DNA of 64,000 nucleotides from Camelus dromedarius (GCF_036321535.1 NC_087445.1:9674001-9738000); one strand, 5' to 3'. Counted from the first letter of the stretch, positions 1 through 14,429 are shown. Numbers and translations: made by a program. The notes: generated by a model not told the origin, from the letters alone.

Positions 1-3000
1 AACTTTTGTTTATTTTTCTAATTCTTAATATTACATAAAATGTGTGTCTATATGAAATATTGCATGTCATGGATACAGATTATATACCTCATCTCTTACT
101 TCCTTCTGATTGTGTTGGGTTTTTTTTTTTTTAAGGTTTTTAAAAACATACATTGTTGATTTGAGATATTTCCTCATTTATGATCTAAGCATTTAATGCT
201 GTATATTTCTCTATCATGACCACTTCAGCTGCATGCCACAAATGTGATATGTTATGTCTTCATTTACATTCAATTCTGTGGATTTATAAAATTACCTTCA
301 AAAATTCTTTTTTTTTTTTTGATCCATTGATTGTTTAGAGGTATGTTGCTTAATTTGCAAGTGTTTGAAAAATTTCCTGTTGTCTCTCTGATTGATTTCA
401 CTTTGGTTGATTTACATGACTTAAGATTTTGATTTTTAAAAATTTGTCAAGATTTATGAACCAGAATATGGTCTATTTTGGTGAGTGTCCCATAGCCCCT
501 TAAAAAAAAATATGTATAATTGTTAGCCAGTAGATTACAGAAATGTTATTTAAAGTCCATTGCTTGATGATGTGGTTCTATATAATTGCTAATTTTTTAT
601 GTGCCTAGTAGTTCTGTCAATTATTGTGAGTATATTATTTAATACACTCTTCCAATCTCTGTCTTTTAGTTGGTGTATTTAAAACATTCACATTTAAGTA
701 ATTATTGATAGGCTTATGTCCCATATTATATTTTCTGTTTTGCCTGTTTCTTATTTTTCATTCTTTGTTTCCCTTTTCTTGCTTTCATGGTGGTGGCTCT
801 AGGGATATAATACACATACCTAACATCCCAGCCTACTTTTCTTGACATTTGCCAACTTTTAGTAAGTTTAAGAATCTTATTTCCACTTTATTTATCCTCT
901 TAATTTCTAATTTTTCTTTCTTTATCCCTGTTTCTTAAGTACAGTTGTCTCAGTATATCCTCTGAATCCATTGAACATCACAGTATATATCATTATAATT
1001 TGCTTCAACCATCAAGTATGATTTGAAAAGCTCATGAAGGGAATATTATGTTCACCATTGTATTTACCTTTTCTTTTGTTCTTATTTCTTTGCTTTCATC
1101 CCAAGCCACCTTCTCTTATCATTACTTTTCTGACCGGACAGTTACTTTTAGCCATTCTTTAAAGGTAGGTCTGCTAGTGACACATTATTTTAGTTTTTGT
1201 TCTTCTGAGATTGAATTTGTCTTTTATTCCTAAAGGACATTTTCACCAAATACATAATTTCTAGATGGCTGTTCTTTTTTGTTTGGCTGTTGAAACTATT
1301 GTCCCACCTCCTACAAGCCACCATGGTTTGAGATTAGAAATCTGTTATCCAAATTGATGTGTTCCTATAGGTAATACGTTATTTCTTTCTGACAGCTTTT
1401 AACATTATTTTCTCTGACTTTAGCCAGAAATTTAATTATGATGTGTATTGGTGTGAATTATCTTTGGCTTTATCATATTTGAGATTCTCTCAACTTCCTA
1501 AACCTATGGCTTTTCATGTTCATCAAATTTGAAAAGTTTTCAGAAATTATTTCTTCAAATATTTTCTTAGTCTCACATTCTTTCCTCCTGGGACCCCAGG
1601 CATAAATGTTAGTCATTACATTCTGCAAGACCCTGAGGTCCTGTTGATTTTTTCAGTCTTTTTCTTTCTGTTGTTCAAATTAAGTAATTGATGTTAATTT
1701 TGTGATGATCTGTCATAAAGTTCACTGAATTTTCTATCATCTCCACTCTACAACTGAACCTATCTAACTATTTTTATTTTGATGGTTGTTATTATTCTGT
1801 CCTTTTTTGATTCTATAATACCCATTTGATTCCGTATTTAAACATTTTTTTTTTTTTTGTTGAGTCTATTTTTTTTTCATTTGTTTCGGAAGAATGTATA
1901 ATTGATTGCTGAAACAACCTTGTAATAGTCCCTTTAAAGTCCTAGACAATTCCAATATCAGGGTCATCTTAGTTCTAGCATTAGTTGATTGTATTTTCTT
2001 ATTCATGTGGTGATTTTCCTGATTCTTGATATTATGATTGATTTTCAGGTTTCCTAGACATTTTGTCTATTATGTTAAGAGATTCTTGGTTCTATTTAAT
2101 CTTTTATGTTAGTAGGCAATTGGCTTGTTTAAGTTTAACATGTCAGTTTTAACCTAGTTTGGGGTTTGTAGTTCCAGTGACAGTTTAGTTTACTGAATCC
2201 CTGTAAGACTCTTAGCACTGGTTTCACTTGAGCTCATGTAAGATTTCTGCTGGTGCAGCTTGTGAGAAAGAAGGCACTTTCCTGATCCATGGTGTCCTGA
2301 GGTTGAGTAGGGTAGGGGCTATAGGTGCGAGAACTACATGACAGAGAGTGTCTCCCCTTAGCTTTGCTCTGGGCATCCAGTACCAGTGGCCTCCCCATTC
2401 TGTCTTTACCAGTAGGACTGATACTGGGTAGAGGGAAAAAAAACAAGGGTTGGGTGAAACTCTGTTACTGGATGGGATAAAGGAGATTCTGGGAAGAATT
2501 ACCTTCTGCCATTGAACAGGTAGTACCTGGCCTGCATCATTATTTTCTCCTGAATAGAGGGCTGGAATTACTGTGTCTGGGTGGCCATTACTCTTGTGTA
2601 GAGGATTCAAAGACACTGGTTTGAGTTGCCTTCTGCCACTGGGTGGAAGGCCAGAAGATAGTTGCCATCTCTAGTGCTGTTAAGAAGAGCTTGTCTTCTG
2701 CCTATGAATATAAGATATGGGTTGGTTAACAGCCCAGTTCCATTCTTGCTGCTGTTGCAAGCACACCTTGGGGCATGGATTGGACCTTGTTCTTCAGACA
2801 GAATCAGGACACTGCTGGCACTAGATATAGGTCTTCCCATTAGACATTCTTCAATTCCTCTTTCCTGTTCTTTTGGCCAGAGAGAACAGGCTTTCCCTCT
2901 TACTTCCTCTGTTCCTTTGTTTCTATGTTCCTTCATTCCTTTATTCTTCGTTTCCTCTGTTCCTCCCTTCCTTTCTTTCTTCTTTCATCTTTCTTGTTCC

Positions 3001-3350
3001 TTTCTTCTATCCCTTTCTTTTCCACCTCTCTGTCACATATTTTTTTTTTTTGGCCTATGTCTATTGACTCTATATAGTTGCACATCTCTGGCACTCAGGT
3101 TGAGTTATATATGAGATAAAAAACAAAAAAGCAAACACACAAAGAAAAACCCCACAGAACTCATCATAGTGTCATTCTTCAAGTCCTAAAATTTCCTGCA
3201 TAGTCCAATGTCTTCCTTCCACCTTTCACATTATTTCCACCTTTCCACATCCTATGATTTCTGAATTGTTCCCAGAGTATTAACTTGTATTAACAGTGGA
3301 AGAACAAGGGGAAGTGAGTCTACACCATCTTGTCTCAGAACTGAAAGTGC
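1..3350 (-). mobile_element. Old L1 (L1M-type) 5' half, antisense: ORF2 start/ORF1 remnants and 5' UTR
   Basis: T-rich antisense L1 signatures (e.g. TTTTCAGAAATTATTTCTTCAAATATT near 1537-1563). The more GC-rich 5'-UTR-like part at 2220-3345 ends in GTCTACACCATCTTGTCTCAGAACTGAAAGT, typical of old L1M 5' ends. Confidence 0.7.
2890..3051. repeat. Polypyrimidine (CT-rich) low-complexity tract
   Basis: About 160 nt almost entirely C/T (TTCC/TTTC units), ending in a T run. Confidence 0.85.
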
Positions 3351-5624
3351 ATCTTATCTTTTATATTTAAAGAAATCAGTATGTATTCTTGATTGTAAAG
3401 TTACAAACAATTCTGCATCCACCCCAAATAAATGCTATCAATGTATTACAATTGATCCAGTTATTAATTATTAAAAAATAAAACACTGGTGATAAATGTT
3501 AAGCCCTTTATATTACCTTTATCTTCACAGATAAAGATATCTTCATTCCTTTTACCTCCCTAGAGGCAATCGCTGTGATGAGTTAGGTACAGAGTTAGCG
3601 ATTTCATATTTCTATGACAAAAACATGGATTCACATGCATTGTTATTGTTTGAAGTTTTAAAAAGATGAATCAATGGTATCCTACTATGTGTAATATCAG
3701 CCTTACATCTTCTCTCTCTCTCTTCCAAAATACTACCCATGAAATCACAAGAACTAAGGAAATCTGTATCCTCTCAAATAGTGTTAGAGCCTAAAATGGG
3801 GCAGGTTGTAATAGCCTTAGACCAAAGCTGTCTGAGGGGTGCTTGATGTCTGCTTTACTGGCAGTTGCTGTGCTTGTTAGTCTTCCATTTTCATAAATCT
3901 TTAGGCAAATACTAGTCTCCATGCTCAGATATGTCTCCAGCTCCATTTATGTCCCCAAACTCCAAGAGACAAGACACTCTGTTCCCCACACTATTTCACT
4001 TTACTCTGATCCCTCCTCTGAATACAAAATGTTAGCCCTGTAGATTCCACCAAGAAAATACGTTCAACGTGAATCCTCCCACCTTGACCCTCTTTGAATC
4101 TTCCACATCTCCACGGTTTTCTTTTATGGATTGTAATGGAGTGAGTTGCTAATAGCTGGTGGTAATTAGAGTTGGTTCCATTTTAGTAAAAGGAGAGAGA
4201 AAAACTCTACCTTAAAATTTGAAGTCTATCTGTGTAATGTAAATGCACGTGTGTAAGGGTAACTTTTGTAGTTCCAGTTTACAGCTTTAAAGATTTGCAT
4301 TAAAAAAAAATCTGTCTGCAGGCACTTCTCTGGTTTAATAGGGTGGTAAGAAGCACAAAGTTCAAATTTTGAAACTCTGAGGTTCTAATGAAGACTTTAA
4401 CTTTAAAATGACTTGCATTAAAATTAGAGCCATCACGTCTTAGAATTCCACTGGGAGATCTTGTCTCATTTTGAATGTCATGATGACTAAAATTCCTCAC
4501 CTACCTCATGATCACCACCCTCCACAAAGATTTTAAAATGAAATTTCCTGTGAATTCTTCAGCTCTTCTGACTTGTAATAGGGGAGATATATTTAGTCAT
4601 CACCTTATAATTCGAGTGAAATAGCAAACTCATTCCAGGTGAAGAATACATCCTTTGTTCTTTCAGGAAAATGTCCCTTGGCAGCTGTCTGTTGGCACTA
4701 AAAAGGTCAACAGGCTTAGAGTCTTGATTGCCAAGAGAAAGGAGTTCCCTAGCAAGATATAGTGTCTCTATACAGAAATCAGTGCCGTTTTCCTACAGTT
4801 AGTTCTTTAAGTTCTACATATTTAGAAGTTTAAACAGCTTTCTTAGCCAGAGTGCTCTTACTATTTGAGGTTATTTCTGGTATAAACTCCAAAAGGCTGT
4901 GCTCGTGGAAGGGGTGATGTTTTAAAATGAGTTGCTCTGACTTCCTTTTATAGGCTTTGTCTTATATTTTGAAGATTTGTGTTCATGCTCTTCCTAGTTA
5001 ACTGTAAAATGTGTCATAAAATTGTCCCCACTCTGCCACTGGAAAGGGGTATTTATGCAGCACATTTATGCACAATTTACAGCACTGTGCACTTCTAAGT
5101 CTGGCAAGCACATCAAAGGAAATACAAGTGTTAATGTGACATTTTGACTTTGTGAGTTAGAAGGTCACTTGGGTAATTAGTGCTAGATAAACCCAGAGGA
5201 CATGCTGTGACAGTGTGATCATTCTAGCAATATTCACTGTGACTAACAAGCACAAAGCTGAAGAAACTTAGTTCTTTTTAAAAATTTTTTGAAACTTATT
5301 TCTAAATTATGAAAGTGTTAGCTATTTTAAAATACCTTCAGCTTCCTTAAACTTCAGCAGTCTTTAAGAGAAGGGGCTTTACCTACTTTGATAAATAATA
5401 CAATTTACAAAGAGGATTATGTGCACTGAGACATGATTTGAAGGTAGTTTCAAATATTAATGGTGTGGTTGACACTTAAACCCTCCAAAATAGAGATTTT
5501 AATAATGATTTTTAGTTTAAAATCATTTTTCCTCAGCAGTTCTGGGTTTTTTGGTTTGGTTTTGGTTTTTGCCTTGTTTTTAATTCTTTTGGCTTTATGA
5601 AAAGTCCGAGAAGAATTAGTGTGC

Positions 5625-7080
5625 TTTGCAGAAGTAGAACAATTGATCCTAAAATTCATATGAAATTACAAGGGACACTGGATAGCTAAAACAATCTTGA
5701 ACAACAAACAAAATTGGAGGACTCACACTTCTTGATTTGAAAATCATGACAAACATATAGGAATCAAAATAATACATTACTGGCACAAGAATAGACATAC
5801 AGACCAAAGAAATGTAATTGACAGTTCAGAAATAGGGGGAAAAGAGTCCCTTCAATAAGTGGTACTGGGGAGACTGGATATCCATGTGTAAGAGAATGAA
5901 GTTGAATTTCTATCTCACACCAAATATGAAAATTAATCCAAAATACGTCAAAGACCTAAGTATTAAAGCTAAAACTCTAAAATACATTTTTAAAAAATCA
6001 GTAAATTGTCATGACCTTGAATTTGATAGTGGATCATTGATTGACCCCCAAAGTGCACAAAACAAAAGAAAAAAAAATAGACAAATTGGACTTCATCAAA
6101 TTTTAAAACCTTTGTATTTCAAAGGACATTGTTAAAAAGTAAAACTGCGACCTCAGAATAAGAGAGAATATTTGTGAAATGTAGAAAAGTCTAGACTATA
6201 TAAAGAACTGTTACAACTTGAAAACAACAACAAAACTAAAGAATTAAATGGGCGAGGGGCTTACATAGATGTTTCTCCAAAGGGGGGAAATATATATATA
6301 TATGACCAGCAAGCATATGAAAAAAATTCTCAATGCCTTTAGTCATGAGTGAATTGCAAATCAACACCACAATGAGATAATACTTTATAACCACTAGGAT
6401 GGCTGTAATCAAAAACAGTAAAAATAACAGGCATTGATGAGTATGTGCAAAAGTTATAACCCTTATATTTTGTTGGGAGGTATATAAAATGGTGCAGTTG
6501 CTGTAGGAAAGTGTCAACTTCTCAAAGAGATAAATGTAGAATTATCACATTTTCCTGCATTTGAACTCCTAGGTATATACCTCCAAAAAATTTAAAACAT
6601 ATTAAAACAAAATCTTGAACACAGATATTCATGGCAGCTCTATTCAAGGTAAATGCCCATCAGCTGAGGAACTTATAAACAGAAGTGGTAATATTGGTAT
6701 AGTGGAATATTATTCAGTGGTTAAAAAGAATGAAGTACTGGTACATGTTTAAACATGCATGAACCTTAAAGACATTGTGCTAAGTGAAAGGAGCCAGACA
6801 CAAAAGAGCACTTATTGTCTGATCCAAATTATATGAAATATCAAGAATAGACAAATACATAGAGGTAGAAAGCAGATTAGTGGTTCCCATGGGATGGAGA
6901 GAGGAGAGAACAAGGAGTGACTTCTTAATGGGTCTGGGTTACCTTTTAATGTGATGAAATACTCTAGAACTAGAGAGTGGTGATAATTGCACCGCATTGT
7001 GATGTACAAAAAACTACTGGATTGTGGAACTTTCAAATGATTAAAATGGTGAATTTTAAGTTAATTGAATTTTACCTCAC
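5625..7080 (+). mobile_element. L1 3' part (L1MB-like): ORF2 C-terminus and 3' UTR
   Basis: Decayed ORF2 (5884-6135, CKRMKLNFYLTPNMKINPKYVKDL resembles CKRMKLDPYLTPYTKINSKWIKDL). The 3' UTR has ATGCATGAACCTTAAAGACATTGTGCTAAGTGAAAGGAGCCAGACACAAAAG. Confidence 0.9.
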
Positions 7081-7091
7081 CTAACAGGATT

Positions 7092-7097
<6 letters not shown>

Positions 7098-7125
<28 letters not shown>
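7098..7125. repeat. (TG)n microsatellite
   Basis: Perfect TG run immediately after the L1 3' end. Confidence 0.95.
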
Positions 7126-8475
7126 ATGATCTAAGCTAAGTTTTATCTTGTGATTATTTTACCTTTTGTTAAACTTACTCTTGATCACTTAGAGAACCCT
7201 GTCCACAAACTGTGCTGATCCAGTCTTTCTCCACAGTGGGGCTGGTGAGGAAACAAACAGCACCGCCCCAGCAGAGTGAAGCATGGCAATTAAGAGCATG
7301 GAACGTGAATCCACACCGCTTCCGCCTTCAGCTCCCTGCCTGTGCTGGGAGTGCTGTTCCAACCATGACCTAGTTGCTCAATGTTAGGCTAGATAGGGAT
7401 CTCTGATTGCCTTAGCCAACTGAACCATTCAATGAGTCTGTATTTTGTAAGAATGTGGTAAGGTATTCAAATTTCTGATACAAACAAAATCTTAGAATTA
7501 TTCTTGGCCTATAGTAAGTCTGTAGAATTAACTCCTGGTTTTAGTGTCTTGAAGACAGCCCATCATAATTTAACTAGTACTGCATTAGAAACATATAAAA
7601 TTTATATGAATGCCTAGTGAGCTGTTCTAAAGTCCCTTAGGTTTACACACTAAAGTTTCTTCAGTGCTGCTCTAATTAATGCTCCTTTAATTCTATTAGT
7701 AATTATTACACTTTTTACTTTTTGCTTTCGCACTAAAAGCATCAAGTGATGTGAATATATCTATGTTCAAGCAATCATGGCCCAAGATGATGAAGCATGT
7801 TTGTTTCTCCTTACCCCTTTTCCTCCTAAATCAGCCTGTGCACACACAGCCTGTGCATGTAGGGAAGTCTACATGCATGTACAGAATTACACGCACACAC
7901 TCCAGCAGGCAGAGCCCTCCCTCCCTGATTGTACTTTCTGGGGCAGGGCATCGGTAGGGCTTTCTTTATTCTTATTCTCAGCCCAGACCATGAGATTTCT
8001 GTGTTCATTCATCTTTACTTATTCTATAATGCAATCTTTTAAAATTTGGGAGATGTGCCATTTTCTCTTCCACTGTCTATAGCTTTAAAATATAAGTACA
8101 TGTGATTCTGAAAGAAGAGACCATTGGGAAGACAGATTCACTGGAAGACATGAGGCCTGATGTCACCCTCTCTTGTGGAATGTGACAAGACTAGTATTAG
8201 TAGCTATTCATTAATATCCCTAATTCTCCTTTAGTCGAGGTTCTCTGTTTTGTCCTTTCTGCTAGACTGTGTTAAGCAGGCCACACTGTTGCTGTCATCC
8301 AGTGGTTCTCCTGGTTATCTGATCCTATGATTATTTTATTCTGTGATCTTTGCCTTTATAGAACACTAAGGGTACACGTGCTTACAGAATTTTAGGCTGA
8401 GTTTACATATGCACAGTGGCCAACATCATATCATCATCTAGGCTTTTTCATCTACTAAAATGAAACATCTACTTC

Positions 8476-8885
8476 TGTTACCAAGTTCAGGCTTGTGCTG
8501 CTCGCTGCACTACAGACTTGCCATTGAGAGACCAGCTGTTGAGGGAAGGCATAGAGAGTCTATTCAGAAAGCCAGCAGGCTGAGAAAATGGTGGACTAGT
8601 GTCCCAAAGAGCCATCTTCCCCAGGTTAGAATTCAGGCCTTTTTAATCCTAAGAAGTGGTTCCAGCCAGACCCCAGAGGGAATGTGTTGATGTCTTTCTG
8701 CAGCCTCTCACAGGTGGGCTAGTCAGGATGTTTCCTGTGAGCTAAACTAAAGTGTTTTAGCTTAATGCTCATTACCTGCGAGGCAGGGTTCCGAGAGATA
8801 GATCACTATGTATAATTTAAGCTTATAGACAACATCCCTTTAATGATTAACTAGTAATAAAATACAAATTTTCTTCCCTATTACA
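8476..8885 (-). mobile_element. Solo LTR, ERV1-class
   Basis: TGTTA...TTACA termini, perfect 4-bp TSD CTTC (8472-8475 and 8886-8889), 410 bp, and several retained CpGs. A 4-bp TSD is typical of gammaretrovirus-like ERVs. Confidence 0.85.
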
Positions 8886-11879
8886 CTTCTGGCTTTATCT
8901 ACTGATATTTTACCTGAATTAAGAACACGTCAAAAATGATATTCTTTTTTCATAATGTTTTTCCCCCAAATCATCCCTATCAAAAGATCCTCTGCAACTT
9001 CTATATTATGAAAATATGTGACAGTCTGTGGAACTCACCAGCCATCTCTGTTACAGGTGTCTGTATGTCCTTATCTCAACATACCTGACAGTCAGGTAAT
9101 ACTTGGCAGGTAGTCTGCCTAGAAATGTGAACAGTTCAGCTGAATATTTGTTTGTTTATTATCCAAATGAATTGATATTTATTTGAATTTCAAGCAAAAG
9201 GGGAAATCCTTTCCAATAGTTCAGAATATAAACAACCACATATTATAATTTCAGTTATTGTGACTTGAATAGAGAATGTGTGATTTATTTCCCACCATAA
9301 ATATTTACCAGTGAAATAAGAAAAATAAGTATACTGAGCCTACATCAACATTTTCTTTAAAAAAAAAGTGGTAAAGGATTGATAATGTGCTTTATATACT
9401 TCAGTCCCAGCACCAGTGAAATTATTCTCTTAGACAACTTTCTTGCCAATTCACAGACAGTCACTCTGAGCCAATTCTGAAAATTAGAGGATCTTATTCT
9501 TCATACTTAGGAAGAGAAAAGCAGTTAAGCTCTTACTTTGGTGCTTAAATTTCTTTTTTCCTCTACTTTTACTTTTATGTTTCTAATTTTATGAAATATA
9601 GTTTAATTAGAGGAGTAATATATGAATGGATTTTTACATATATAATATGCATATGTGTCTGTGTAATGCATATCTGCATGTGTAGATATAAATATGTATG
9701 TATGTATTCATATGTGTGAATACACACTCACATGTTAGAGCTAAATCATGGGTTCTTTTTGTCATTGTATTTTCTCCATGGCATAGAACATTACAAAAAA
9801 AATGTTTTTCAATAAAGAAACTACCACAGCAGGGATCATGGTATTAATGACTATGAAAATATTTAGGACAAAGTGTACTGTCAAATTAGCATGGGTATAT
9901 TGCACTCTGCGATTTGTGAGCTCTATATCAATTGCACATTTCTTTTTGAAAAATTGTGTTTAAGGATGATGAAATTGGTTTCCAGGTGCTATCAACATGA
10001 GTTTGTTTCTTGTTGACAATAAGTCAATAACTCCATCTGACATGACTCTTACAGTAGGAAGCATCCTCACAGTAATGCACTTTCTCAGTGACAGACGGAT
10101 AGTTGTGTCTTGAATTCTTTGAAAGTTCTACTCGGATTAGATGTTGTTCTGGTGAGCATTATTTCCAATGGCCACTCATGTGATGAAGAAAAGCAGTTGT
10201 CATTTGGGAAGGGACAAAAGGAAGAAGTAAGGAACCTGACATGCACTCCAAGGTGGAGCAGGAAGAGAACCTGATAGACTTTATTGTAATCAGAGGAGAA
10301 AATTCAGATGACAGCTCAGAACATGGATGATTTTATTAACAAATGATAATTAGCAACTAAGAAAGGACATTACATGCATGGTCTCTTAGGTCTCTTAACC
10401 CTTTTGAGTTGGATTATATTTTGAATACCTAACCTATGAAGTTTTACCTCAGATTATAAATGAAGAAACAAGATAAATTAAGATCTCACACCCTGAAAAA
10501 TGGCAGAATGAGCAATTAAATGTTATGTCTGACAACAAAAACTTTGGCTTTCTAATATGCTGGCAACTTCCATAGTTAAGATAAATTGCTTGCTAATATA
10601 GTATTAAAAAACAAGTGATTTATTCTGCACAATTAATAATTTGGTATCCACATGGAAACATTCTGGAAGATATGCTTTTTTACATGTTTGAGGTTTAAGT
10701 TATTAACACTTTAGCAGAAATAAATTTATTCATCTTTGTAAGGCATGAGGCTTTAATTATTTGACTCTCAAATTTCACAGAATAAAGTATATTCTTGTTT
10801 ACTCCACTTTGTGTCAGGGGCTGCTCTGAACAATGTGAATATTCTCTAATAAATTCTATTTTCATGACTTCATTTCATTTATTTTCTTTCTTAGCTTCTG
10901 ACATTTCAACTCTAATATATCTACAGTATATTTCTGGAAATTTTGTGTAGCTAAAGAATAGAGTCTCTTATGGAAATGTCTAGGGGAGCATATCTGGGGA
11001 CCAGGAGTCATAGATGTGGTTTTAGTTTATTTGTCATCTTTAGAGCTTAATTTCTTGGTAAATATCCTAAATAGGTTTGACTATTTGTGCATTCCAAGCT
11101 TTCGTCCTAGTGTAAAGGCTTTAGAGGAATTCAGTAGTGGCAAAGTCTGGGCTCATTTGGAAAATCTATTTTATTGACTTTGACCACACAGATAGCATGG
11201 CTGTTTGCAACTAGTCAACCCAAGGACAGTTCTTAGTATTAGCCATAAACATCCATAAAAATGTGTGTAATCTAAGCACTGCCCACATTAAAATCTCCTC
11301 TATCTTAGTATCTTTATCAAACAGCATTGTATAATCTTTTATTAAACCTACATTCTATAATGATCAGAGCTAGCAATTAAAATGGCTCTTGTGTGATGTT
11401 ACACATGCTTAATCATTCCGTATTATTTTACAGTAAGGATGAATTTCCTCGGGTCCTGGAGTCTGCACATTAATTGTGTACCTGTCATCATTATGCTAAC
11501 TTATCATTGGGTATAAAATCCGAACCCTGTTGTTAATGTTAATATCGTTCTTCTGCTGGCTTTCTGAATAATCCAGATGCCTTCTGATTTAGAAGTGGAC
11601 ATCTCTTTTTTTATTTCTCATTGTGCATCCTAGTAAATTCTAACCACTAATGTCAAGTAAAAGCAGACAAGATGCTTGGCAAAAATCATCTTTGCTCTAG
11701 TATTCCACACTCAAGCAGTAAAAGCTATTCCCTGAGTATGAGTGGGACCTGCGAACAATGCTCACTGTGGGTCCCCAAAGAGATAGTAGTGACAGGAGTG
11801 AACACACAAGGGAACTTTAACAAACAGTATGGTCAAATGGGGACTATGGAAACAGACATTCAGGGTGCATGTTTTATAA

Positions 11880-12035
11880 TACTGCTTCTCAGACTTCAGT
11901 GTACATACAACTTGCCCTAGACTTTTTTTTAAATGGGAGTTCTGATTATGTAGATCTGGGTTGGGACTCTTGGATGGCACATTTCTAACAATTTTCCGGG
12001 TGATACTGATGCTGCTTGTCCAAGGACCACAATAT
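11880..12035. mobile_element. MER5A-like hAT-Charlie MITE
   Basis: TTCTGATTATGTAGATCTGGG...CATTTCTAACAATTTTCCGGGTGATACTGATGCTGCTTGTCCAAGGACCACA matches the MER5A core as I recall it. Confidence 0.85.
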
Positions 12036-12389
12036 ATTGAAATGTCCTTCCCATGAGAATGAGGAAATCACACTAAAAGTTTCCTTATTGCTTTTTCAAT
12101 CATATTAGAGAGAAATTTACTTTTGTTACATAAAGTGTCTGTCATTTTAAATCTCAGGACTGTTTTTTTTTTTTTTTTGCCTATGTAACTTCCTGTCTCC
12201 TTGATCATTCTCGAATCATGCAGAGTTAATGCAAATTTCTGTAGGCTTCCCATGGACTTGAAAATATTTGAGGACAGTGAGTTTGCCCTTAATCTTAGTC
12301 TTCTCATATCTTGCTATAATGCCTGAGAGTTGCTCCAGAAATTTTGGTTGAATAAAGGTGAATAAAGCAATAGGTGAATGATAAGTAAA

Positions 12390-12437
12390 AATATATATAT
12401 ATATATGTATATATATGTATGTATACATATATATATA
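12390..12437. repeat. (TA)n/(TATG) microsatellite
   Basis: Interrupted TA run. Confidence 0.9.
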
Positions 12438-12554
12438 GTCTTCTTGTTCTGATATCATTTAATACTGGTTCTTAAAATTAGTACATTTTAAAAATAGCTT
12501 TGTAAAGAAGTGGGGACATTCATTATAGAACAAGAAGATAGTATCATGTAATAA

Positions 12555-12790
12555 GAAAGGCAGTGTGGCCGTTAATTGAGAACACAGATTCTGGAGTCAG
12601 ATTATCTTGGTTTCAATCCTGAGTCCTATCGTTGCTGGCAGCATGACCTTAAGTTAGAAATATATAATCTGCTGATATCTCAAATTCTTCATGTATACTG
12701 TTAGGATAAAAAAAGCCACTCACACAATTAAACAATTCACACAAAATTCTTGGGAGTGGTCAATAGCGCACAATACATAGGTAATTTTTT
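12555..12790 (+). mobile_element. MIR SINE
   Basis: GGCAGTGTGG...GAGAACACAGATTCTGGAGTCAGA...GGTTTCAATCCTG...CATGACCTT core. Confidence 0.75.
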
Positions 12791-13804
12791 TTATAGCTAG
12801 AATATGAATGCTTACTCTTTTCAAAGATTTTAATTATGTTCAAAGATAAGGAAGTTCAGATTATTAGGTAACTTAAAAACCAATTAATAATTTGTCACCA
12901 ATCCTATAGAATCATTATTTCTGTTTATAAAACTAAAGATTATTTTGAGAGGCATTTCCATTGGCAAAATTATGCTAGGACTTTATTATATAAAATAATA
13001 AGGGGGCAAACCACAAAATGGGCATCAGAATTTAGCACAAGTTAAAGACAGATATTTTTAGAAAGCATTCCAAATTGCAGTTACATATCTTAAACCTTAA
13101 CTTTTGCATGCACATTTAATTGATTCAGTTAAGACACTTAGGTGCATTTGAATTTACATTAGACTATGAATATGACCTTCCTTTATAAACTAATTGCCCA
13201 GCATCACTATGATATATTTTTAAGACAGTTCCCTGGTGCTGTAATATAGACGTTCTCTTTCTTGTTGAGCCATTATTATAATTCCACATTAAAGAAGTTT
13301 TCCAGTTGATAACTTATTCTCAGTTTAATTTTAGCAAAAGTGTTCTTATGTGTGAGTTATGAAAGAATTATCTAAAACTTGCACACTTTTAAAGAAACTA
13401 GTCTGGCTTGCAGCTCCTTTTAAAAAGTGATGAGGAAAGGCAATGCCATATATAGATAAGTTTGAAGTAGAAATATGTTTTTTGCATAAATGAAAATTCT
13501 CAGAAGTAAGAGAGTGAAGCAAATGGTCATGATGATTAAAGGGCCTAACTGTTATGAAGATCATCTAATTCTGAGCATTGATCATGCTAGCTTTGTATCT
13601 TTGGGCAATTTTTATAATCTCTCTGCACCATTTATTTCTTTGTTTGTTTAATTAACATGGTAATGAATTAATTATTCTAGGAGTGCTCTCAGGTCTTTTC
13701 CTGTAATAATGTTCACAAGTTAACTTCAGCCTATACCTACTCTTCCCAATGAATTCTGTCAGAGAATTATCTGGTTCTCTCTCTAAAAAAAATTCCCAGC
13801 CTGA

Positions 13805-13936
13805 GAGGGGAGGGTATAGCTCGGTGCTTAGAGTGTGTGCTTAGCATGCATGAGGTTCTGGGTTCAATCCCCAGTACCTCCACTAAAAATAAAAATTAAA
13901 AAAAATAAGTAAACCTAATTACTCTCCCCCCCACCC
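13805..13936 (+). mobile_element. tRNA-Ala-derived camelid-type SINE (vic-1-like)
   Basis: The head GGGTATAGCTCGGTGCTTAGAGTGTGTGCTTAGCATGCATGAGGTTCTGGGTTCAATCCCCAGTACCTCCA is a decayed tRNA-Ala(AGC). It is followed by an A-rich linker, CCTAATTAC and a C-run tail. Degenerate TSD: AAATTCCCAGCCTGA (13790-13804) / AAAATCTCAGTCTGA (13937-13951). Confidence 0.9.
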
Positions 13937-14059
13937 AAAATCTCAGTCTGACTCCTTCTCTTTTTCACTGTTAAGACTGTAGTTCATTTTCACCTTGTTA
14001 TTGTAGTGAGACTCCCAGTCTTCCTCCACCTACCCTTACCCCAGAACAATTATTACCCC

Positions 14060-14420
14060 ACAAAATAGAACCATTTTTTATAAAGGTGAAGGAGATTCTG
14101 TCACTGCCCTGCATAAAACATCCAGTAACTTACCAACACATTTAGAAGATAATCTTATTTCTTATCGTGACTCAGTGTAATATCTCTTCTTGTCCACTTG
14201 TGCATTATTTCCTTTTTTTGTCTAACATTCCACTACTCAGCATTTAGTCCCAGCCACTATGGACTTGACCTTGCTAAACCTTTCCTTCTCAGAGGCCTTG
14301 GTATGATGTTTGTTTGCATTGAGTACTGTTTCCTGGATCGTTACAAGGTTAAAAGTGCCTTGTCACTAAAGGTCTCAAATAAAATGGCACCTGCTTAATG
14401 AGGCCTTTCTTAACCATCAA
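14060..14420 (+). mobile_element. L2 fragment
   Basis: CTGTCACTGCCCTGCATAAAACATCCAGT...GGCCTTGG...AATGAGGCCTTTCTTAACCATC, L2 3'-region-like. Confidence 0.55.
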
Positions 14421-14429
14421 AAGTAAATT

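Noticed and set aside
2662..3114. 150-aa hydrophobic ORF
   Set aside because: It runs through the CT-rich tract inside an old L1 5' region, and the lack of stops is compositional.
7832..7857. Short tandem duplications (also at ~3218-3250, 29758-29788, 36320-36364, 58134-58151)
   Set aside because: Ordinary slippage-type micro-duplications with no wider structure.
13810..13882. tRNA-Ala(AGC)-like gene
   Set aside because: It is the head of a SINE: the D-arm is disrupted, CpGs are decayed, and it is followed by a SINE tail and TSD rather than a Pol III T-run terminator.
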